This document shows, piece by piece, positions 36,849 through 47,700 of a stretch of DNA of 64,000 nt. How positions within the stretch are numbered: the first letter of the stretch is position 1; each line of letters opens with the position of its first letter. The notes under the pieces were generated by a model. It was not told where the DNA came from. It searched no databases and worked only from the letters and a program-made list of their open reading frames with translations. The stretch comes from a virus. The translations under genes were made by a program, and so were the position numbers. Location of the stretch: the IMG/VR virus record IMGVR_UViG_3300025122_000005, positions 96,001-160,000 of that record, one strand, 5' to 3'.

Positions 36849-38785
36849 TGGCTATTAAGAGATATCTTGCTAATGCAGACACTACAATAACTAATGCCTA
36901 TAAGATGAACTTGTCAACTCGTGGCACCGGATCTAACATGGGTGAGTCTGATGTGCTGGAGGTATTCTCCATTCTTGGTCAGGCTTCAACTAGTTCTGTG
37001 GAGAAAACAAGAGCACTACTTAAATTTCCCGTAGGCACAATCAACACAGACAGGAGTAATGGAGACATCCCAGAATCTGGAAGTGTTAAATTTTATTTAC
37101 GAGTTTTTAATTGTCCTCACGGTCAGACACTTCCGAAACAATATGATATGCAAATTTTGCCCCTTTCCAGGTCTTGGTCCGAAGGACAGGGTCTTGATAT
37201 GGAAGAATACACGGATGAAGACGAAGCTAATTGGGTAATGGCTTCTGCGACCAAAAGACCACAAATAACAGATGTCAAATTTTTGACGACTAATGAACAA
37301 CTCTTAAAACAAGAATATTTTACCTTATATAATTCGTCAAATACAAGATACAATTTTGTTTTTACAACACAAGTGGGAGAGACATTCTCGGGATCACTGC
37401 CGGGAATTGAAATAGTTGTGCCATTGACGGGGAACATGTCCACCGTCAAAGATATAGCTAGCGTTTTTAGTGCTTCTATAAACGTATATGAAACAGGTCT
37501 TTCTGCTTCAATTTCTGCAGAGGACACATCTGATACATCGGGAGCGACAATTAGAGTAACCACGACCGGCTCGTCCGGTCAATCTGGATCATATCAGGGC
37601 ACCGTATCCACAGATCATTTATCTTTAACGACTGTGCAAGAGGGTGGCAAAACGAAATGGACGACAGCGGGTGGTGACTATCATGAAGTGGGGTACACAG
37701 CAGGAAGAAACCTTCCTCACTATGTTAAGAACTTTCAAAACGGAACAGAGAATCTAGAAGTTAATATAACAGCACTAGTAGAAGAATGGATTGCAGCTGA
37801 GTCAGCAGACGATCCGGATAGAGAAAATTATGGCGTTATGCTAAAAATGTCTGGATCTTATGAAGATGGCACTAGAAACCGTTCTTATTATACAAAGAAG
37901 TTTTTTGCGAGAGGGTCCGAGTTCTTTTACAAACGACCGATAATTGAGGCCAGGTGGGATGATTCGAAAAGAGATGACAGATCAAATTTTTATTTGAGTA
38001 GTTCTTTATTGCTGGGCGAAGACAACTTGAATACCTTGTATCTTTATAATATAGTGAACGGAAAGTTAAAGAATATTCCTGTCTTGGGCGGCGCATCCGG
38101 GAGTAATAACGCTTATACACAAATAAATGTACAAGTGTTTCCGTCTGGGAATGTGAAAAATCAAGTTATAAAGCCAAAAACACTTCCAATCGGTGGCGGT
38201 GTGACTGTAAATGCGGCGACTGTTATAACTGGCGGTTGGGTGAGCACCGGCATATATTCCGCATCCTTTGCTTTTACGGGATCAGAAAGTGAAATATTCG
38301 ATGTCTGGAGTAAGCCAACGAAGGTGGTACAGGGAATACAATTAGTTACGGGGTCGACGTTTAAAGTGAATAAGCACAAGACCTATGATTATAATCCAAG
38401 TACCACATATATCACAACTTTAAAGAATCTCAAATCATCTTACTCGCAGAGTGACAAGGTGCGAATAAGATTGTTTGTTCGCCCAAAGGACTGGCAACCA
38501 AACATATATACTGTGGCGTCGAAGAAAGCGGAACCATCGATAATTAAAGACGCATATTACAGAGTATTCAGATTGATAGATCAGTTTGATGTAATTCCTT
38601 TTGGTACCGGAAGCGGAGCCCAATCGAAATACACTAGAATGTCGTATGATAAGAATGGTAATTATTTTGATTTAGAAATGTCCCTTTTTGAGTCGGACTA
38701 CGCTTACGGTATTCAGCTGGCTTATGATACGGACGGCAAACACACAGTACAGGATAAGATTTTTAAATTTAGAGTTGAGAAGTAA
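36848..38785 (+). CDS. Baseplate/tail structural protein, Ser/Thr/Gly-rich, beta-rich
   Basis: Position between gp6-like and gp7-like genes; composition; WTTAGGDY motif; apparent internal insert. Confidence 0.6.
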   Translation: MAIKRYLANADTTITNAYKMNLSTRGTGSNMGESDVLEVFSILGQASTSSVEKTRALLKFPVGTINTDRSNGDIPESGSVKFYLRVFNCPHGQTLPKQYDMQILPLSRSWSEGQGLDMEEYTDEDEANWVMASATKRPQITDVKFLTTNEQLLKQEYFTLYNSSNTRYNFVFTTQVGETFSGSLPGIEIVVPLTGNMSTVKDIASVFSASINVYETGLSASISAEDTSDTSGATIRVTTTGSSGQSGSYQGTVSTDHLSLTTVQEGGKTKWTTAGGDYHEVGYTAGRNLPHYVKNFQNGTENLEVNITALVEEWIAAESADDPDRENYGVMLKMSGSYEDGTRNRSYYTKKFFARGSEFFYKRPIIEARWDDSKRDDRSNFYLSSSLLLGEDNLNTLYLYNIVNGKLKNIPVLGGASGSNNAYTQINVQVFPSGNVKNQVIKPKTLPIGGGVTVNAATVITGGWVSTGIYSASFAFTGSESEIFDVWSKPTKVVQGIQLVTGSTFKVNKHKTYDYNPSTTYITTLKNLKSSYSQSDKVRIRLFVRPKDWQPNIYTVASKKAEPSIIKDAYYRVFRLIDQFDVIPFGTGSGAQSKYTRMSYDKNGNYFDLEMSLFESDYAYGIQLAYDTDGKHTVQDKIFKFRVEK

Positions 38786-41700
38786 ATGAGTTTAAAGAAC
38801 CTTTTTAGCAAAATTAGCTCAAAACATATTTTGCCAGAGTCAAGTGTCAATGATCTTCTGGAGGACATCGAGTCTGGCCGGTACATTGATGAATACATAA
38901 AGAGAAAGGCTAGATTCTTACCTCACATTGATTACGCCACCGCTTCGAACTTTGCTCGATTTGGATTAGCCGAGGAATATTATGATTCTGCGGCAAGAAG
39001 AATCTATCAGACTTATCCTTACGACGGATCCTCATATGAAAAGATTAAATGGATCAACAATTCAAACGGTTTAGATCTTTACGTATTTGATAACGAATAT
39101 CCCAGAACACACGGACATGCTAGATTTTCACCCACAGGTTGGGGGTCTAGAACATCATTGTCGGGGAACTATGGTAATCCAGCAACAAAAGAATACATCT
39201 ACATTAAAGGTGGACCCAACGTTGACAACATTTGGCATACGGCAAGCAACAGAACATCCAACCTTGAAATAGATGGCAACAAGGGCAACACAGTAGAATT
39301 TTGGCTTAAAAAATCTGCTTTCCAAACATTGACAAAGAGAGAAGTTGTCTTCGACGCTTGGACAACAGGCTCTGTTCCTTCGGGACACCAATACGGTCGC
39401 CTAACTATAGAGCTGGACAGGACGAGACCACAAGAAGACTCTCCTTGGGTAGTTACTTATCAATCTGCTTCAAGCGGCGTTAAGAACCTTTATGTTTCCG
39501 GCACGGCAGGCTTGTATGCAAGCGCATCAGACGGCGAGTGGCATCACTATGCATTCAGTTTTCAGAATACTGGTAGCCAAGTTAACTTTAGGCTACATGT
39601 CGACGGCGATTTAAATCATTCTGTATTGACTGGTTCTTCGATAGGAAATTTGAATACTGCGATAGTTGCAAACATCGGCGCATTGGTCGCAGCAAAGGAT
39701 TCAGATCCACAACCACGTCTGGGTCCATCGACTACGACCAATCCTGGTCTTGGTTTTGGTAAGCTTTCCGGCTCTATAGACGAATTCAGATTTTGGAAAG
39801 CAAAAAGATCCTCTAAAGATATAGGAAGGTATTGGTTTACTCAAGTACATGGAGGGACCAACACAGATGACCCGAACACAGATCTAGGGGTGTATTACAA
39901 GTTTAACGAAGGCATAACCTTAACAAGCAGCATAGACCAAATTGCTTTAGATTATTCTGGTAGAATTTCTAATGGTAGTTGGACAGGATATAGTTCTGAT
40001 AGCAGGAGCACTAAATCTGCGATGATTCAATCGTCGGCTTCTTTAACGGAATTTGCAGAACCGATAATCCACACAGAAAATCCCAAAGTTAATGAATATC
40101 TGGACGATATCTTGGAGAAGGGAAGAAATTATGACATCAACAACAACTCTTCCATATACAAGTCTGTGCCAGGATGGATATTAGAAGAGGATGACGAGGG
40201 GGAGTTAAAACAATTAACTCAAATAATGGGAGCTTATTTTGATGAATTGTTTATGCAAATACAGTCTTTATCTAAACTCAAGCACGTAAAGAGTGAGAAC
40301 TATAGCAAGAAGCCCTTGCCGTTTATGGATAAGGTTCTTAGGTCTATGGGGTTTGAAACACCGGAAATATTTATTGATGCCGATGTCCTGGCGAGTTTGG
40401 CGTCTCGTGACGAAGAAAAAGAGTTTGAACAAAGACTTGAAGATGTTAAGAATGTTATATATCAAAATATATACAATAACTTAATCCACATATACAAATC
40501 CAAAGGAACAGAAAAAGCTTTCCGCAATTTGCTTCGCTGTTATGGGATTGATGAAGAGGTAATTAAGATAAATGTTTATGCTGACGGTGTGGATTATCCA
40601 GTTGAGCAAAACTATCGTGTTGGCAGTTTTAAGACAAGGTGCATTAATTTCAATAGACCAGCTAATTTTTCATCGACGATTTATCAATATAGTTCGAGTC
40701 TTCATCATTCGGGTAAATCATCAGAGTTTCCTGTTTCCGGATACATAACGGGTGCCCACGCAAACGATTCCGCTGTTGGACTCTCTTTCACAACAGAGGC
40801 AGAAGTGGTGTTCCCGATCCGCCACCGCGCCGGTACCGTCCTTCATTTTGACACGCCTATTTCTAGTTCTCTTTTCGGCGCACATACAGTCTTGGATAGT
40901 CACGGCGACACGCATGATTTAACGTGGAAGGCAGCAGCAAAAGATTTTGCCAACTTTGAAGTATACGCAGTTAAAGACAGAGAAGATTCTAGGCATGCTA
41001 AATTCGTTGTTAAATCAACTTCTGGCATTGTAGCACCAGTAGAAACTGGCATATATTATGATGTTTACGATGGAAACAAGTGGAATTTTGCAGTGAGGGT
41101 CGCCCCAAAGGGAACCTTCGGAAATACAATTTCTGGTTCAACGAACTCTTATAATTTAGAACTCTTTGGAGTGAAGACGGATGCTGGGGAGGTAAAGGAG
41201 GAGTTTCTCTTAACTTCTTCTCTAACCAATGCTCAAGGACAGAGGTTCCATCAGTATTCTAAGAGATTATATGCCGGTGCACATAGACGCAACTTCACAG
41301 GATCTACGATTGATTTATCTGATGTCCAGCTATCTTCCTTGAGACATTGGATGTCTTACTTGGATAATGAAACAATCAGGTCACACGCTCTGGATCCTAA
41401 GTCATACGGTGTTCCACACCCAATGAGGAATGCTTATACTTTTATGCCAGGTCTGGATAATCCGGTACCGACAATAGAGACACTAGCGTTAGACTGGGGT
41501 TTCAACACAGTAACTGGGTCTACAAAGGGCGGCCAACTTATTATACGAGATTTTTCTTCTGGGTCTCTTAAGAACAAGAGAGATTACGGATGGATAGGTG
41601 ACGTTATCTCTTCTAATCATCCTGGTCGCGGCAACTTCTTTCCTTCTGAGACAACTGCAAGCGTGTCTGTTGCCTACTTGCAAACTGCTAGACAACAGAT

Positions 41701-44700
41701 TCTCGAAAACGTTCACAGTTCTGACATGATTAGGGTACTAACAAGGGATGACACAACATATACAAGAGAATCTCGACCGGTCAATCACTTCTTTTCAATA
41801 GAGAAGAGCATGTATCAGGCGATTTCAGAAGAAATGCTGGATATGTTCGCAACAATTAAAGATTTTAGCAATCTTATTGGAGACCCTGTAAACCGCTACC
41901 GGCCGAATTATAAGGCGATGGAAAAGCTTCGAAGCTTATTTTTCGAGAGGGTTGAGAATACTCCAAGCATAGAAAAGTATATTGAATTTTATAAGTGGAT
42001 AGATGCTTCTATCTCGCAAGTATTGGACCAATTAAAACCGGCAAGTGCCAACTTTTCAGAAGATGTCCGAACGATGATAGAGAGTCACGTACTTGAAAGG
42101 AACAAATATTGGACAAAATTTCCAACACTTGAAGGGAAGCAAGCGGAACCAGAACCAGGACAAGTGAAATCAGTTGGTGAGATGTTGTATAATTGGCGAT
42201 ACGGTCACGCGCCATTGCCGTCAGCCACCGGCCCGGTTGCAGCCACCGCAACAATAACCATCACGGCGTACACCGAACTCAACGCCGGGGACAAGGTAAA
42301 CTTGGTTGCTGCTGATGGCACTAGTTATGATTTTGAACAAGGCGACCAAAGTTCTGTCAACGGCACATTTGAAGCTACTACATCAAACGAGCAAACAGCA
42401 ACTAACCTGATGAATGTTATTAACACTTCATCGGGACCAGCAGGGGCAAGGTTTACTGCCACCGTTGATGGAGCAGTTGTAACTGTAACCCAGGCAACAC
42501 CAGGCTCCGCGGGCAACACGAGCGTTACTTTGACAGATAGTGGTACTGCTGGCATGACTAAAGCAAATTTTACTGGCGGCACAGATAATAATAGGTCTGA
42601 AACCGAAAACTGCCTTTGGTGGAGTGAGCGCGCAAGCAGGAAGGACGCACCTCTTACTACCGGTATCGCTGCAACCGATGCAGAAAGAGAAACGCTTAGA
42701 AGGGTCGCAATTGCAGATGTTTCAGGATCAACATATGCTTTAAGAAGATTAGCAAAGCCATATAGATTTAAATTAGAGTTGCAGCCCGTGCTTCATGGCG
42801 GTGATAATTTTCACCTAAATAAGAAAAAGGATCTTTATCTTGGAACCTCGAATCCTGGTGCGTTGGATTTCATCCGTATCAGTGGTTCCGATGTGACCTT
42901 CGCCGGGGGAGAGTGTACTGACGTTTATAATCCAAGAATAAATCTTGGAGCACCATATTCAACTACAACTACAGGCGAAGCAGGCGGCGGCACTGTCATC
43001 GAAAAGAAGAAGGCGTTTGCAAAAGCAGATATTAGTAACACAAATTCTGACCACGATCTTAGTACAATAGCACCGTTTAGTCTCTATAGCAGTTCTATAG
43101 ACGATCCTAAAGATTACAAGGCAGAGATTTATGATAATTTCAAGAAGGGTGTGGATATAACGAATCTTCATTCGGATGCTTATGGGGATGATAGGGAGAT
43201 CCCAATTCAGTCTCCTTTTACGGAACATTGGGTAGGGGGTCACTCCCATAGGCATCAACATTTAAACATGATGCGTCCGAAGATACCGCAAGCAGACCCA
43301 GGATTGCAAAACATCACAATGAGTCTAGACCACGCTGGACGCAGGTTCGAGGGATTCAATCTTACAATGTCTCAGGGACAACTATATGTTACCTCCCCAA
43401 ACTTGTATGCCTTGAATCATGAGCCACCAGGAACATTTAATGTTTCTCTTACTTCTAGTACACACAACAGGTCGAGAATTCTGAGGGATCCACTAGCAAA
43501 GAGACCGGTCAATATAAGAAATATAAAGACAACAGCCAGTGAATATGCAAAAGACACAACGCTAAACATCGGCAATTATAAGCATGAATATGAAATAGTC
43601 CAAGGAACGTCGGTAGAGATGAATCCCGTGTTTCTTGTTCGAACAGCTTCAACTGAACCAGTGGAGAACACAAGCAACTCTCCATTCTTTGTTGAGATAA
43701 ACGAGAGAAGAAAGTTTGAGAGACCAACAAGAAAGAACGTATTCGTTAACAGGTTTTCTGCTCCTGGTGGGCCCGAGACTGCTGGTGATAGTTTGGGTGG
43801 ACCAGGTCTTGATATAGCGACAAATCAATATTCTGTTTATAATTCACTAAACTATAGAAACATGATGCCGAGAATGGCACTGGACGAGTGGTCAATGGAC
43901 AGGGCAGGCAAGTTTGGACATGCTAGTAACAGTTCAATAACCGCCTCTAGTCCGACCGCATCGTATCACAAGGTTTATCACAACCCTCGATACGTCGCTA
44001 CTGCAAGTTGGGAATCCGGAGTGGAATGCAGAATAAAACACGACAACCAGTTTGTGCAACATCAGATACCTCAGAGTGATCTAGGGTATGCTTGGATAAA
44101 GAATTCTACAACAGAGACTACCTGCAGTTATGCAAGACTAGAATCTAAGTTTACATACCCAAAAGCACAATCGGATCAGACGGTTTACGAAACCAATGAA
44201 GCAAACGCCGTCGATTTTGACTCTCCAGGGTTTGTTTCTGCAAGTGACATGGGCTTTGGTCATTATGGTGCTAACGGCAGGGTCCTCACTACTCGACCTG
44301 ATGTCCTTGGTGGAGGCTCATCGCTGGTGGGATTCGAGCCAGTAGATTTTGCTGGATTAAATTTTATAGTTGTCGAGCCGATATCTTCAAGCTATAATCT
44401 GCTTGGATATGATGATGTGAGTGTTAAATCTGTTGGCGGTGTTTATTCGAGAGTAAATTATTTAGCAGCCCGAGATGACGGCGCACGTTTTCGCTCTAAT
44501 GTAGCGCACGGCACGCTGTCGCCAGATGTGTTTAAGTGGGACGCACATCTCTTAAATGCGATCTTGTCAAACAGAAACGGTCCATACGGTTATCCTTCTT
44601 GGAAGCAACTGAGAGCAGGGCAGCATCCAGTTGCTAGAAAGCTTCGAAGGGACAACATAATGGCACCTATTGTGGAAAGGGATAACGCACTAGTAAACTC

Positions 44701-47700
44701 ATTCTCGCCTGCTTATTTTACTAGAGGTGATTATTCTTGGCCAGATAATATAGACCACCAGAGAGCAAGAACAAGCAGGACAATTAGTGCTCAAAGATAT
44801 CGCTTTACAGAATCTGCAGTAACATCAAAATTCGGACCCCTCAAAACAACAATGATAGGCAAGTCTGTAGCTGGACTAGCCAATTCGTATGGGTCCTGGA
44901 GGGACGCTCATTCTGCTGGTGGTACCCAAATTTCTGTAGGGGGAAAGGTTACGCACGGAAACGATTTAGTCACTTTTTCAAACCCGGAACTGGTAAACTT
45001 TTTACAAATAGACGAAAAAGCATCAGCCACTCCGTTGAGAGATAAAATTGGAGCGGACATTATTCAGACATTATATTCCGAAACAATATATCCGAGAGAT
45101 TCCAATTCTTATTCAAACAGAGTTAGAGGAAGAGAAAATTTTATCATTGACTGGTGGAAGCCAAAGAGAGCGGACAGGCAAACTATAGATAAGCACAACT
45201 CTCAGGGATTGCACATTGGATTAACTAGCAGTATGTGGCCACTCGATGCACAAACAAATTTTGGAACATCTAACGAAATAGCTCTGGGCACAGACATCCC
45301 GGGAGCCTTCGGAGAAGGTGAATTAATGTCTTCTTATTGTTTGTTTCGTTCAGGTGGAGTTGGCTTAGGTGCATATCCAACCGCTTCAGCCATGTATGCT
45401 AGAAAGTTTCCAGAAGAAAATTATATATTTAATTTAACATTTAATACGACAGTTACAGAAAAATACTGGGGCGGCGCAAGCGACGGCGATCATACATCAT
45501 ATTACATACAGTTTTATCCTCCTGAAGCCTCTGCCGTGGTGCATTATATATATTTTTGTAGGACTGCCGAGACTGCAAGCGTAAACAATGCGGCTGACAT
45601 CGTCGTCGGAGCTAACAAAATATGGATCCCCCTTTCGGAAAGTAGCTATACAACAACTACACTCGCATCAGCTGTCAAAGATGGGCTTAATAGTAATTCT
45701 ATATTTAAAAAAGTTGCAAAAGCAGAATCAAGCACCAATAAACTTAGTCTACATTTTAAGGGCACTTGGGACAATTCTTATGTCGGCGGTGATTATTTGG
45801 CGGATGAATATTCTGACTCCACCATCGATGGTCAAATCATGATCGGCTACCTCGACACGAGCCCCGTTTTTCTATCGGCGTCCTCCAATACTAGCACTTA
45901 TTTGGCTGGTGCAGCAAAGTGGGAAGCTGGTGAGATGGCAGGACGCGATCCTTTTAATTATAAGGATTATGATGATTACGCGATGCAGATGAGATTAATT
46001 GGAAAAGATTATTCTATAGTTCCTGAATATAGAATTAGTGAGGAAATGCCAAACTATATTGGTAGAGCCGCAGCGGATCCCTATTTTTCATGCCCACAGG
46101 CAGATTTTTTGCAGATGACCGGAGCACTGGATGATTTTGCTGATAGTAGTAAATCAGATTTTTTCAAAGTCTACGGACATAGTGACTTTATAAAATACTT
46201 TGACATTGTGAAGGAAGGGCATAAAGAACTGGCAATGTCAGAGAACAGTCTAACTCTCAGGTGTAAAGCGATGAAAAAGTTTCTTCCATATGAAGGAATA
46301 TATCCAGCACAGAGAACTTTGCAGTTAGCAACTATGTTTAGTGAATCATACGGTCCACAAACTAATGTTGCGGTTGAAAAATTCGGGCAGACGAAGGGAG
46401 GATACGAGCCTTATGGAAGTTGGAGAACAGCTTTACAACCTTTTTACGCTCCAGGAATCGCCTACAATTCTATAAAATCTGGCATTGCTGTTGATTATCC
46501 TGTCTTTACTCCCAACAGAGATAGAAAGTTTAATTTGTTTTGTACGACATTCGACAAACAAGACAACAATCATATTAATATAGGACAAGCCAGCGAATGG
46601 GCGCAGCTTATATCTGGAAGTCATGGTAAAAATTCATCCGCTGCCAATTCCGGATTAAGTATATCGATGTGGGTTTATTTTGATGAAGATCCTGATGCAG
46701 ACGGCAACACTGATACTTCCGGAAGCTTGTTGGTATTCAAGGATGATGATAATGCTACAGAGGGTATTCATTTTACAAAACATGGCGGCCGCCTGATGCT
46801 ATCGATGTACACCGATGCATCAAATTATAAAAAGTGGTGGACAAAGCCATATAAGTCCTTAACAACTGCAGATAAATGGTACCATGTCGCCGTCGCAAAG
46901 AAATTTGATACATCTACACCAGATTTTTATATCGACGGCGAACAAATCGAAACTCAAGGGGCTGCTACCGCTGCGGGAATAACTGGCACCGCCGGGAGTT
47001 TAACGGAAACGTCCGTTAACATGGACGGTCATAGCACAACAGCAACCGGAAATTGTACCATAGGAAATCACAGATATGGGCACACCAACACTAATCATGC
47101 TCTCAACGCAATGGAAGTTGCTATTTCTGAAGTCAGTATTTTCAATACAAAGTTGACGGACGAGTCTGTTAGAGGACTCTTCGGCGGCGGCGTCAGGCAG
47201 CGTGGACCCTGGCGACCAGATTTGTGTGTGGAACAGCCTCATGTGGATAACTTAATAGGGTGGTTCCGAATGGGAAACGACACTGGTTATGTCATGGCTG
47301 GAACTTCTGGTTCTATAACAATGACAAACAATCTTGGATTAAATAATCATGCTATGCCTCTGTACAGGAAGACTCTTGTCGGCGGCGGCAAAGGTTCTTT
47401 GGCTGGAGTCGAGACCACGACTAAGGGCAAATTTGTAGGATTTACAGATGCTTGGTCAGCTGGTGCCCAAACTGGATATGGAATTACATTGTTGGGAGAA
47501 AACGGCGTAGACACAAACATGGAACTAACAGGGGCTTTTCAATATCCTTCCTACATCACTGGTTCCGCGTTTAACGAAACATCTGATTTCGGCATACCAC
47601 GCATCGGTTCTGCCAGCTGGGGGGAACATCAGGCGAAAGGAGCAGACCCAGAGTTGGCGGAAGCAACGTCTTATTGGACTCAGGGAGATTATGGAAGAAA

